Made by a program: the position numbers and the translations under genes | Assembly (NCBI GenBank): GCA_007121075.1 | Contig: SKMK01000033.1 | Location: 312 to 64,311, forward strand | From: Syntrophomonadaceae bacterium | GTDB lineage: Bacteria; Bacillota; Dethiobacteria; DTU022 | Direction: 5' to 3' | Length of the DNA: 64,000 bases | Notes under the pieces: model-generated | The model's database searches: none | Told to the model about the DNA's origin: nothing | What the model saw: the letters and a program-made list of their open reading frames with translations, nothing else | Shown: positions 28,235 to 37,660 of the stretch, in pieces | How the letters are laid out: the number at the start of each line of letters is the position of its first letter | How positions within the stretch are numbered: position 1 is the stretch's first letter

Positions 28235-29482
28235 TTATTTAACAATCTGGATTATACCAACCAGTCCATGGCCCAGGCCGTGACCCTGCTGAAGGTTCAT
28301 TTCCAGGCTGCGAATGGCATATCCGAGCTGGGCTTCGATCAAGTCGGCCCTGATATCACCGTAAAGCCCTTTGCTACCTTCCAGGCTCTGCCGCATAACC
28401 CGGTACGCTTTCTCCAGGGGTTTTACATCGGTTTGCGGGGGATAGGGCAGCAGTTCCTCGTCACTGTCATAATTCTCCATCAGGACCATGGTATAATCGA
28501 CCAGGTCATTCCAGCTGTCGGCCAGCCTCTGGAGGGATTCATTCTGCCAGTCAAACCCTTCCCTGGGTTTGTAGTTTACTTTGAGATCCGGAAAATAGGT
28601 CCTCAAACCGCGCTCAAAGAGGGATGAAACCATCAGGCGCAGAGGTTGAGAATTGCCGTTATAGGTGCCGGTCTCGATGTGCCTGCCCACAAACAGGGAG
28701 CGGTCAAAAAATCGCAATACTTTCAGTTCCACTCCAGCCTTTCGGGCCGCACTTTCCAGGATCCTAAAAACCTCAGCCGGTGTCATAAGCCGCAGTGGAA
28801 ATGAAGACAGATCTACATTATCCCTGTCTTCCTCCTCATAGAGGTAATTAATTACGTAGTCGATATAGGAAATTTCTTCCGGATCATGAGTCCACAGGTT
28901 TTGCCACTCATATGAATAGCGGCCCAGAAAGTCAGCCAGGATCAGGCTTCCGTTGTTACCGTGCTTACCCATATCTACAAACAACTTTTCCAGCTCTTCA
29001 TTAGTGCAGTGAGAAAGAGTCCCGTAGGAAGTGAAATAAAGATCGTACGGCTCTTCGCCTTCGTCCAGGGGCAGGCCGTTTGAAAAATCTCCCTTACAGA
29101 AATTAACATGGTCATAATCGCCAAACAGGGTTTCAGCTTCTTTAAGCAATTCAATGCTTAAATCAATGCCCTTATACTGGTCCATCATGTCGTCTTTGAT
29201 TAAGCGGGTATCAAACTGGGACAACCTGGCTCCCCTGGCCATGTTGCTGAGCAGTTCATATCCGTCGCCTGTTCCACAGCCCAGGTCATAAAAACGCAAC
29301 CCTTCGCCAATTTTATTGACTTTCATTTTTACAATATCTTCTATATAGGGCCTGAGATAGTATTTAGTAATAAAATCTTCAAACTGGGTCCGGACATGGT
29401 CGTACTTGCCGCGCAAACTCCTTACGTGTTCGCTGTACCTCCCATGTCGTATCGCTTCTTGATAAGCCTTATCGGCATCCAT
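28235..29482 (-). CDS. Class I SAM-dependent methyltransferase with large C-terminal extension, translationally linked to corrinoid protein
   Basis: Start placed at Met24 (AGGAGGG RBS; 1 nt after corrinoid-protein stop); motif I FYDLGCGTGDG, post-I D (GIDLS), motif II YDLYFTSYGTL; ~230 aa C-terminal region without recognisable motifs. Confidence 0.7.
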   Translation of the reverse strand: MDADKAYQEAIRHGRYSEHVRSLRGKYDHVRTQFEDFITKYYLRPYIEDIVKMKVNKIGEGLRFYDLGCGTGDGYELLSNMARGARLSQFDTRLIKDDMMDQYKGIDLSIELLKEAETLFGDYDHVNFCKGDFSNGLPLDEGEEPYDLYFTSYGTLSHCTNEELEKLFVDMGKHGNNGSLILADFLGRYSYEWQNLWTHDPEEISYIDYVINYLYEEEDRDNVDLSSFPLRLMTPAEVFRILESAARKAGVELKVLRFFDRSLFVGRHIETGTYNGNSQPLRLMVSSLFERGLRTYFPDLKVNYKPREGFDWQNESLQRLADSWNDLVDYTMVLMENYDSDEELLPYPPQTDVKPLEKAYRVMRQSLEGSKGLYGDIRADLIEAQLGYAIRSLEMNLQQGHGLGHGLVGIIQIVK

Positions 29483-29483
29483 G

Positions 29484-30185
29484 CTAACTTTTCCCTCCTG
29501 ATTGTAATAATTTTTCTGCCACCCGGATGGCGGCAAAAGCATCTTTTCCATACCCGTCGGCGCCTATCTCGGCCGCAAAATCATCGGAAGTCGGTGCTCC
29601 ACCAATTATAACCTTAACTTTATCGCGAAGTCCTTTCTTCTCAAGTTCCTTGACAACATTTTCCATGTTAACCATGGTGGTGTTGAGCAGGGCCGAAAGC
29701 CCAACCAGATCCGCTTTTTCTTGCTCGGCCGCTTCTACGATCCGGGCGGCAGGTACATCAATGCCCAAATCTACTACATTAAAACCTGCTCCTTTAAGCA
29801 TAATTGACACCAGGTTTTTACCGATATCATGCAGGTCTTTTTCTACTGTCGCCATGATTACTTTTCCTTTGCCTTCACTTTCACCTGCACTGGCCAGGTG
29901 CGGTTCCATGACTTTCATGCCTGCTTCAACAGCTTCTGCAGCGGTTAGCATATCCGGGATAAAGTATTCCCCTGTTTCATATTTTTCCCCGACCTGCTCC
30001 ATGCCTTTGCTCAGACCTTCAAGCAGAATCGTATTTGTATCGATCCCGTTATCCAGTGCTTCCTGGACCAGTTCCGCCACTCCCGCCTTGCCGGCATAAT
30101 CTTCTTCAATACCTTCGTCATCCTTATTGCGGCGCCCCTGCAGGACATTTTCCACTATGCGTTTAATCAGTTCTTCCTTCAACAT
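29484..30185 (-). CDS. Cobalamin-binding corrinoid protein (MtgC/MttC-type)
   Basis: 233 aa; B12-binding_2 helical cap then Rossmann B12 domain with DxHxxG (DLHDIGKNLV), SxL and GG motifs; strong RBS TAAGGAGGAAGA. Confidence 0.85.
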   Translation of the reverse strand: MLKEELIKRIVENVLQGRRNKDDEGIEEDYAGKAGVAELVQEALDNGIDTNTILLEGLSKGMEQVGEKYETGEYFIPDMLTAAEAVEAGMKVMEPHLASAGESEGKGKVIMATVEKDLHDIGKNLVSIMLKGAGFNVVDLGIDVPAARIVEAAEQEKADLVGLSALLNTTMVNMENVVKELEKKGLRDKVKVIIGGAPTSDDFAAEIGADGYGKDAFAAIRVAEKLLQSGGKS

Positions 30186-30279
30186 TCTTCCTCCTTAACT
30201 TCGCAGTCATTTATTATTAAATCAATATAGCCTACCATGCGTGTTCACACGATCCGTTAAAATACTTTTTGTAAAAAAT

Positions 30280-30313
30280 CTTTGTTATACAACCCTGTGG
30301 TTGTATAACAAAG
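30280..30313 (-). promoter_or_regulatory. Perfect 15-bp inverted repeat (CTTTGTTATACAACC-ctgt-GGTTGTATAACAAAG) between mttB paralog 2 and corrinoid gene
   Basis: Read directly from sequence; followed on minus strand by GATTTTTTAC; could be internal attenuator/processing hairpin or operator. Confidence 0.45.
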
Positions 30314-30327
30314 GATACCTGCCACTT

Positions 30328-31863
30328 TTATTTTGCATACGGATTTAAACGGGGCAGCAATCCGGGTATCTGCTCAAAAATACGCTTGCAAATATCTTCT
30401 GAGAGGTGTTCCGGTTGCTGTTTTTCTAGTTCTTTTAACTTGTCATGGGCTGCCAGCAAAGTCTGATCTTCTTCTTCCAAATCACCTTCAAAGGGGAAAC
30501 CGGGAAAGATTTCGCCGCGGCGCAGCATCTTACGGGCAAAACGGGCATAGAGCCTGTAAGGACTGTTCATTACTTCTTCGATCATACTCTTTATCCGTCC
30601 GGCCTCTCCTGCTTCCACACCACTTTCCCGGTAAAGTGACTTAACCATAGCAATCTGATGGTTTTCAAGAACAGCCTGCTCCGGAGAAAAAGTTTGTGTT
30701 TTATCCAACAAACCAAAGGCATAATGAATTAAATCAGGTGCTGAAGAGGGAACTGCTGTGTAAGTAAACATTTTTTCCACGGCCGCCTGAACACCCGGCA
30801 CCTTTGCATCGCCAACACCGGCGGTTGAATAACAAGGCACTTTGTAATACCGGGCCATCTGGGCACAGATCATGTTATAATGACAAAATTCAGGCACACC
30901 ATACATGTCGTGCAGATCATCCATGCGCGCTCGTACCGGCACTGCACCATAAATAACCGGTGCTCCCGGATTGGTCAGCTGGTTGATTACTATTCCTGCT
31001 AAAGTTTCCGCATTTACCTGTGCCGCCATACCAAATTCTTCTATTGGGGCCGTTGATCCACCCTGAGGTGAAGTGGAAATAATAACTGGTAAACCTAACT
31101 TAGAAATGGCCATCAGTTTGTCTGCAGTTTCGTCCACTATTTGTAAAGGACTCTTGATCACACTGGTAATAAATGTCACTATCGGATTTTTGATCAGTTG
31201 TTCGCGCCCGCCTGTTATTATTTCAGCCATGGCAACTACGTTTTCAAGTTGTTCGGGATCGGCTACCCCGCTAACTATCGGCTTGGTAGTATAGTTTAAG
31301 GCGGCAAAAAAAACATTGACATCCTTATTTTCGCCACTGATATCGGAATCCTGTACATTAACGTTGCGAAGGAAAAAATCTAAGTTCTCAAGTTGTTCTG
31401 CAAGATGCGCTGAGCGACAAAGATATTCCAGGCTGCCCCGGTTTTTTTTCATTACCGGAAAGACCTGTTCTCGTCCATCCTGCTTGGAAACAAAAGTCTC
31501 CGGCTCAACTTCCAACCAGTAGTTGGTTTCCGAACCGGTGCCAAAATAAACTCTTGAACCCTCAGCATCCATAACAACCTGATTTTCCGGTTTTCTTGCT
31601 CCAAGAGTTACCTTTGTCGGAGCACTATCCAGCGCCTTCTGAACCACTTTTTCCGGAATACTTACCCACCAGGCATCGTGCTCTCCCTCACGTGTTTTCT
31701 TGGCAGTGGCACCTGCTTTTTCCAACAATGCAACTGCTTCTTCGTTGTAACAGAGAATACCCGGCGTTTCTAAAAGATCTAAAGATGTTTGGTGAACCAG
31801 TTCAACCTGTTCTTGACTTAAACGTTCATACGGCTTAGATACTACTACTCCTCTTTCACTCAA
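30328..31863 (-). CDS. MttB-superfamily corrinoid-dependent methyltransferase, non-pyrrolysine type, paralog 2
   Basis: 511 aa uninterrupted ORF; MttB family similarity (compare paralog 1: ...YFGTG...SPL.I... conserved blocks); first gene of operon with corrinoid protein. Confidence 0.75.
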   Translation of the reverse strand: MSERGVVVSKPYERLSQEQVELVHQTSLDLLETPGILCYNEEAVALLEKAGATAKKTREGEHDAWWVSIPEKVVQKALDSAPTKVTLGARKPENQVVMDAEGSRVYFGTGSETNYWLEVEPETFVSKQDGREQVFPVMKKNRGSLEYLCRSAHLAEQLENLDFFLRNVNVQDSDISGENKDVNVFFAALNYTTKPIVSGVADPEQLENVVAMAEIITGGREQLIKNPIVTFITSVIKSPLQIVDETADKLMAISKLGLPVIISTSPQGGSTAPIEEFGMAAQVNAETLAGIVINQLTNPGAPVIYGAVPVRARMDDLHDMYGVPEFCHYNMICAQMARYYKVPCYSTAGVGDAKVPGVQAAVEKMFTYTAVPSSAPDLIHYAFGLLDKTQTFSPEQAVLENHQIAMVKSLYRESGVEAGEAGRIKSMIEEVMNSPYRLYARFARKMLRRGEIFPGFPFEGDLEEEDQTLLAAHDKLKELEKQQPEHLSEDICKRIFEQIPGLLPRLNPYAK

Positions 31864-32326
31864 TCGTCCAGCCCGGTTATTTTCCCGGGCTGTTCACCTC
31901 CTTTGGTTGCTTTAATAACACCGGCATATTTTAGGAAAGCGGGTAAATGCTAAAAATAAAAAAAACCGTATTACATCGTTCAGGGCGCGCCTGATTCTGA
32001 TTGTTATACGGGTGCTTTATAAAAGCATTCAATATAATCCGGCCCGTTTACCGGGGGCGCCTTCCTATTACTGCCAGATCTTGGTACATTAAATTCTATA
32101 TTATTATGTCATAATGTATACCTTTTCGCAAAAGGGAAACAAGGTAGTATAACCAAGAATTACACCCTTATCTAGAGTATTTACTGATTAACCATGGAAA
32201 TATTAAGCAAATAACTCACAAAAAAGGGGTCATGTGAGCCTGTAGACATATTTGAGCTGAGCACATGGACCAGTATCATAGTTGTGTTATAATAAGTGGT
32301 AATTTGAAAGGAACGGGTATTAATTC

Positions 32327-33268
32327 ATGAGGAATCTTGCCGGCCGGGTAGCCGAAAAAATAACAGAAAACCGTGATTTAAGGAAGCCCTCCGAAAGAAG
32401 CCGGGTCGGGATCATTGAAAGCTGGGTGGGATTGGGCGGCAATATCTTCTTAGCCCTGTTAAAATTAGTTTTTGGTCTGCTTACCAACAGTATTGCCCTG
32501 ATAGCTGACGCAGTCCACAGCGCATCTGATATTTTCTCCTCGCTGATTGTTTTGATCGGCTTCCTGCTGGCCGGCAAAAAAGCAGACAGCGAACATCCTC
32601 ATGGACACGGCCGGACCGAGTATCTGGCCGGACTGGTCATTGGACTAATGCTGATCGGGGCCGGAGGAGCCTTTGTATACGGGGCCTACAACAGGCTGGC
32701 CGGCGAGGTTTTTGCCACACCTTCCCTCGCCTCCATTGTTGCAGTTATTGCCGCCATTATTATAAAAGAATTTATGTATTTTTTTTCTTCCCGGCTTGGC
32801 AGCCTGATCGATTCTGAAACGCTGGAAGGTGATGCCTGGCATCACCGTACCGACTCCCTTTCTTCAGCCCTGGTTTTAATAGCGCTGATCGGAGGGTATT
32901 TTGGGTTTTACGTCCTTGATGCTTTTTTCGCCATAGCCATCGCTCTTTTTATAATCTTTACAGGAATTAGGATTGTCCGCAACTCATGCAGCCGGCTTCT
33001 TGGCACCTCTCCGGCAAACGAGCTGGAAGAAGGCGTCGTCAAACGCGCCAAAGAAATTGACGGTGTTATCGACGCCCACCGGTTGGAAGTCCATGATTAC
33101 GGCTCCTGGAAAGTGCTTACCATCCATATCGAGGTTGACGGCCGGTTGAGCCTGGAAGAAGCTCATGAGATTGCCCAGAAGGTGGAAGATCATGTGTGCA
33201 ATAAGTATCATTGTGATACAATCGTCCACCTTGACCCTGCCGAAGATTTCACTCCTTCAGAACAATAA
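32327..33268 (+). CDS. Cation diffusion facilitator (CDF) family metal efflux transporter
   Basis: 313 aa; 6 TM with HSASD/ HxxxD metal-binding motifs (ADAVHSASDIFSS; HGHGRTEY), C-terminal cytoplasmic domain. Confidence 0.8.
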   Translation: MRNLAGRVAEKITENRDLRKPSERSRVGIIESWVGLGGNIFLALLKLVFGLLTNSIALIADAVHSASDIFSSLIVLIGFLLAGKKADSEHPHGHGRTEYLAGLVIGLMLIGAGGAFVYGAYNRLAGEVFATPSLASIVAVIAAIIIKEFMYFFSSRLGSLIDSETLEGDAWHHRTDSLSSALVLIALIGGYFGFYVLDAFFAIAIALFIIFTGIRIVRNSCSRLLGTSPANELEEGVVKRAKEIDGVIDAHRLEVHDYGSWKVLTIHIEVDGRLSLEEAHEIAQKVEDHVCNKYHCDTIVHLDPAEDFTPSEQ

Positions 33269-33296
33269 GCCGCTCACGGCGGCTTTTTTAAATACC

Positions 33297-33506
33297 TCAG
33301 CCTCCACCACCAAAGCCAATACTCTGAACTACACCCTCTTCAACAACTACTGGGACCTTGTCGGCCTTGTATTCCTGGCGGGCCCTTTTTAAAGCTTCCC
33401 TGTCCGCGCTAACATTGTAGAGTTTATAATCTATGCCTTTCTTTTTGAGCACTTCAATTTGCTTCTCGCAGTACGGGCAGCCGTCCTTCACATAAACCTC
33501 AAGCAT
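33297..33506 (-). CDS. Glutaredoxin-like protein (CPYC thioredoxin fold)
   Basis: Start placed at MLEVYVKDGCPYCEK (GGAGGTG RBS); 69 aa; longer 111-aa ORF has hydrophobic N-terminus but no RBS. Confidence 0.6.
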   Translation of the reverse strand: MLEVYVKDGCPYCEKQIEVLKKKGIDYKLYNVSADREALKRARQEYKADKVPVVVEEGVVQSIGFGGGG

Positions 33507-33777
33507 TTCAACACCTCCGTAAAAATATATTCCAAGAGTTTTAATTCCAGGCAACTGAGTCAACAGCCGGGTAATGAGCATACAAGCAAACAATACTGTT
33601 TCCATTATAGTTGTCCACCCCGACACTGGCAAGAAGACGGGGCACTGTCTAAAAGATTTGCTAAGAAAAATGGCATGTTGTGCCCCATAAGGCCGTGTCT
33701 AAACACATTAACTACATCATGTGCTACCCAAATGATATAATTCAAACCAGGGAAAGGCACAAGACCTGACCCCATTA

Positions 33778-33840
33778 TGTATGTGTCGGTGTCCTGTATG
33801 TGTCGGTGTCCTTGACTTTAAAGCTGCGCTTGATTATAAT
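33778..33840 (+). promoter_or_regulatory. nadE promoter: tandem 17-bp direct repeat (TGTATGTGTCGGTGTCC x2) abutting consensus sigma-A promoter TTGACT-17-TATAAT
   Basis: Repeats at 33778-33794 and 33795-33811; -35 TTGACT 33812-33817; -10 TATAAT 33835-33840; ~95 nt upstream of nadE ATG. Confidence 0.6.
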
Positions 33841-33873
33841 TCTCCCAGAATAAACTTGTACTCTAAACGGGAA

Positions 33874-33911
33874 AATTGCTCACGGGGAAACTCGCATTCC
33901 CGTGAGCAATT
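33874..33911 (+). promoter_or_regulatory. 13-bp perfect inverted repeat in nadE 5' leader (AATTGCTCACGGG-N12-CCCGTGAGCAATT)
   Basis: Between the TATAAT box and the GGGGAGG RBS of nadE; operator or RNA hairpin. Confidence 0.5.
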
Positions 33912-33933
33912 AATATAGGGGAGGATTTATCAG

Positions 33934-35583
33934 ATGCGGATTGCCCTGGCCCAGCTTAATCCCACCATCGGAGCTTTAAATCATAACCTGGAAAAAGTAA
34001 AAAACCATTACCAGAGTGGGGTGGAGAGGGGCGCAGACCTGGTTGTATTTGCCGAACTGGCCTTACCCGGTTACCCACCCCGCGATTTGCTTAACTACAA
34101 GGGCTTCCTGGATCAAGAAAGAAAGTTAATCACAAACGAACTAATGCCACTGACCGCAAAAACAGGGGTCCCAATTCTGATCGGCGCCAACCAGCGCCAG
34201 GGAACCAGACTTCACAATGCGGCCCTGCTCCTGGAAAATGGCGAAATTAAATCGGCTCATTTAAAAACCCTCCTGCCATATTTCGATGTTTTTGATGAAA
34301 CCAGGTATTATACCCGCTGTACGGAACGAAAAATTGAGGTGCTGGGCAACCTGCCGACAGCTATCACCGTCTGTGAAGATATCTGGAATGACATGGACTA
34401 TTTTAATGAACCCCTTTATGACCTTGATCCTTTAAAATGGCTTTTTGCCCAGGGCGCACGCCTGCTGATTAACCTCTCTGCTTCACCTTATCATTACGGC
34501 AAGCATGGCTTAAGAGAAGATATGCTGCCCTACCTGGCAAAAAAATATAATACCGCCGTTATTTACCTGAACCAGGTGGGCGCAAACGACGAACTGGTTT
34601 TTGATGGCTCCAGCCTGGTCTACAACAACCGCGGCGAACTGCTCTACCGCGCCCCGGCCGATCAAGAAGAATTGTTTTTCATCGAAACAGACGATCTGTT
34701 TAAACCTGCCGCTCAAACAGCGCCCCCCGACCGCGATGACATAGGGACCATAAAACAAATCCTGGAAATTGGAACCAGGGACTATTTTGTCAAAACCGGC
34801 TTCAAAAAAGCCATCCTGGGGTTAAGCGGAGGGATTGATTCAGCTGTGGTTGCCGCCCTGGCTTCAGAAGCCCTGGGTCCGGAAAATATCCTCGCCATTC
34901 TCATGCCTTCGCCATATTCTACCGAACACAGCCTGGAAGATGCTAAAAAACTGGCTGAAAACCTGGGCATAAACTACAGGACGATCAGGATCGATCAGCC
35001 TTTTGATATCTTTATCAACCTTCTTAACGAAAGTAAGGAACCTGAGCTGGACCTGGCGGAGGAAAACCTCCAGGCCCGCCTGAGGGGTTTAATACTGATG
35101 CAAATTTCAAACCGGGAGGGGTACCTGGCCCTGGTTACCGGCAATAAATCGGAACTGGCTGTCGGTTACAGCACCCTGTACGGGGATATGGCTGGCGGCC
35201 TGGCCATACTTGCCGATGTCCGCAAAATGATGGTCTATGAACTGGCCCACCATATTAATTATATTCACGGCAAAAAGGTCATACCAGAAAGAATTATTGC
35301 CAAAGCTCCTTCGGCTGAACTCAGACCCGACCAAAAAGATGAGGATTCCCTGCCGCCCTACACAGTTCTGGACCCGATCCTTGAACTGTACCTGGAAAAA
35401 AACTGGTCCCCTTCAGAAATTATTACCGTCGGCCACGAGGAAGAAACAGTTAAAAAAGTAGTTAAAATGGTCGACACCTCCGAGTATAAGCGCCGGCAGG
35501 CTGCCACAGGCCTGCGCATTTCACCTTATGCTTTCGGGGCAGGCAGGTGGATGCCCATTGCCCGGGGCTATGACTATTATTAA
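33934..35583 (+). CDS. nadE: Glutamine-dependent NAD+ synthetase
   Basis: 549 aa; N-terminal nitrilase/CN-hydrolase domain (VVFAELALPGYPPRDLL) + C-terminal NAD synthetase PP-loop (LGLSGGIDSAVVAAL). Confidence 0.9.
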   Translation: MRIALAQLNPTIGALNHNLEKVKNHYQSGVERGADLVVFAELALPGYPPRDLLNYKGFLDQERKLITNELMPLTAKTGVPILIGANQRQGTRLHNAALLLENGEIKSAHLKTLLPYFDVFDETRYYTRCTERKIEVLGNLPTAITVCEDIWNDMDYFNEPLYDLDPLKWLFAQGARLLINLSASPYHYGKHGLREDMLPYLAKKYNTAVIYLNQVGANDELVFDGSSLVYNNRGELLYRAPADQEELFFIETDDLFKPAAQTAPPDRDDIGTIKQILEIGTRDYFVKTGFKKAILGLSGGIDSAVVAALASEALGPENILAILMPSPYSTEHSLEDAKKLAENLGINYRTIRIDQPFDIFINLLNESKEPELDLAEENLQARLRGLILMQISNREGYLALVTGNKSELAVGYSTLYGDMAGGLAILADVRKMMVYELAHHINYIHGKKVIPERIIAKAPSAELRPDQKDEDSLPPYTVLDPILELYLEKNWSPSEIITVGHEEETVKKVVKMVDTSEYKRRQAATGLRISPYAFGAGRWMPIARGYDYY

Positions 35584-35689
35584 TTGCGCTGTTATAAAAT
35601 ATACGCTTTTTTGTCGGCCTGGTAAATTGTTAAAATCGATCTCGATGTTTAACTAAACCTATCCAAAACAGGGACAGGTGATCGCTTAA

Positions 35690-37660
35690 TTGGCATCCAT
35701 CGAAAACAACCATCCGAACCCTGAACAATATAAACCAGGTTCATATAACGACCTGGTGGTCATTGGCGCCGGCCACGCCGGATGTGAAGCCGCTCTCGCG
35801 GCCTCGCGGATGGGGTGCCGCACCCTGCTTTTGTCCTTGAACCTGGACATGATCGCCTTCATGGCCTGTAATCCTTCACTTGGAGGACCGGGCAAAGGCC
35901 ACCTGGTCCGGGAAATTGATGCATTAGGCGGAGAAATGCCCCGCACCGCCGATAAAAATACTTTGCAGGTCCGGATACTCAATACCGGCAAGGGGCCGGC
36001 CGTGCAGGCCCTGCGTGCCCAAATAAACAAATGGGGCTACCAGCGCACCATGCGCATCGCCCTGGAGCAAGAGCCCGGCCTGATCATGAGGGAAGACATG
36101 GCCGAAGGAATAATCACTGAAAACGGCCGTATATCAGGGGTTAAAGGGCGCAGCGGCGCTTTTTACCCGGCCCAGGCGATAATTGTCTGCAGCGGGGTTT
36201 ACCTCGGGGCCGAACTCTTCCTGGGCGATCTTCATTACCCTGCCGGGCCGGGAAGCCTGACCCCTTCTTACAATTTAGCCAACAGTCTGCAGGAACTTGG
36301 CCTTACCCTGGAGCGTTTTAAAACCGACACCTCGCCCCGGGTATACCAGCGCAGCATCAACTTCACCGGGCTGGAACCAGTTTACGGTGATCCTGACGCG
36401 CCCGGCTTTTCTATTGTCAAACAGGGGGCTCCGGCTGAGCAAATTCCCTGCTGGATGACGTACACCAACCCGGCCACCCATAAAATAATCCATGAAAATT
36501 TTGCCCGGGCCCCGTTTCACAGCGGCCTGATCAAGGGGGCCGGGCCCCGTTACTGCCCTTCTATTGAAGATAAAGTGGCCCGATTTGCCGACCGGGAACG
36601 CCACCCTGTATTTATCGAACCCGAAGGCCCGGATACCGAAGAAGTGTATCTGCAGGGCGTCACCACCGGCCTTCCCCCGGAAATCCAGCAAATGTTCCTG
36701 CGCACCATCAAAGGCTTGGAAAGCGTGGAAATTATGCGCCCGGCATTTGCCATAGAATACGACTACGCCCCGCCTACCCAGCTGAAAAATTCCCTGGAAA
36801 CCAGGACTATAGAAGGACTGTTTTTAGCCGGGCAGATAAACGGGACCACCGGCTACGAGGAGGCGGCCGCCCAGGGGCTGATAGCCGGGATCAACGCCGC
36901 CCTGTATTTAAAAGATATGGACCCGATGGTGTTAAAGAGAAGCGAAGCTTATATCGGGGTAATGATCGACGACCTGGTTACCCGGGGGGTGCGTGAACCG
37001 TACCGTATTTTTACCTCCCGCGGCGAGTACCGCCTGTTGCTGCGCCAGGACAATGCCGACCTGCGGTTGACAGAAAAAAGCCGGTCCATCGGTTTGATCG
37101 ACGAAGAGCGCTATAAACTGCACCTGGAGAAAAAAGTCTTTATTGAAAGCGAACTGGAGAGACTGGGAAAAACCAGGTACAATCCCGGGAGTGAGATCGA
37201 AACCTTCCTGGCCGAATATAATTCATCCCCGCCCAGGCAGCCTGTTACCGCCCTGGAATTGATCAGGAGACCGGAAATCAGTTACCCGTCTTACCTGAAA
37301 TGGGAAAATAAACTCCTGCCCGACCTCCCGCCGGGGACGATCAGGGAGCTGGAAAACCAGATTAAATATGCCGGTTATATCGCCAAGCAGGGCCTGATGG
37401 TGGAAAAGACCGCCCGCATGCACGATAAAAAGATCCCCGAAGATTTCGATTATCAAAAGGCAAAAAACTTATCCAGCGAAGCCCGGCAAAAGCTTGAGCA
37501 GGTATGTCCCGCTACAATCGGCCAGGCCAGCCGCATGGAAGGCGTTACCCCGGCCGACCTTTCCATCCTCCTGCTTTACCTGGAACGGCCGGAACTCCTG
37601 GCCAGGATGCGCAAGGGAGATCCCGGAAACAGCAGCCGTAAAAAAGCGGACAATAATTAA
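35690..37660 (+). CDS. mnmG: tRNA uridine 5-carboxymethylaminomethyl modification enzyme MnmG (GidA)
   Basis: 656 aa; TTG start in ORF track; FAD-binding GAGHAGCEAA, GPRYCPSIEDK, C-terminal IGQASRMEGVTPADLSILLLYL. Confidence 0.85.
   Translation: MASIENNHPNPEQYKPGSYNDLVVIGAGHAGCEAALAASRMGCRTLLLSLNLDMIAFMACNPSLGGPGKGHLVREIDALGGEMPRTADKNTLQVRILNTGKGPAVQALRAQINKWGYQRTMRIALEQEPGLIMREDMAEGIITENGRISGVKGRSGAFYPAQAIIVCSGVYLGAELFLGDLHYPAGPGSLTPSYNLANSLQELGLTLERFKTDTSPRVYQRSINFTGLEPVYGDPDAPGFSIVKQGAPAEQIPCWMTYTNPATHKIIHENFARAPFHSGLIKGAGPRYCPSIEDKVARFADRERHPVFIEPEGPDTEEVYLQGVTTGLPPEIQQMFLRTIKGLESVEIMRPAFAIEYDYAPPTQLKNSLETRTIEGLFLAGQINGTTGYEEAAAQGLIAGINAALYLKDMDPMVLKRSEAYIGVMIDDLVTRGVREPYRIFTSRGEYRLLLRQDNADLRLTEKSRSIGLIDEERYKLHLEKKVFIESELERLGKTRYNPGSEIETFLAEYNSSPPRQPVTALELIRRPEISYPSYLKWENKLLPDLPPGTIRELENQIKYAGYIAKQGLMVEKTARMHDKKIPEDFDYQKAKNLSSEARQKLEQVCPATIGQASRMEGVTPADLSILLLYLERPELLARMRKGDPGNSSRKKADNN

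Noticed and set aside
33778-33811. Possible CRISPR-like repeat (two exact 17-bp copies)
   Set aside because: Only two directly abutting copies with no spacers, and it sits immediately upstream of a -35 box; a promoter-associated direct repeat, not a CRISPR array. No cas genes in the window.
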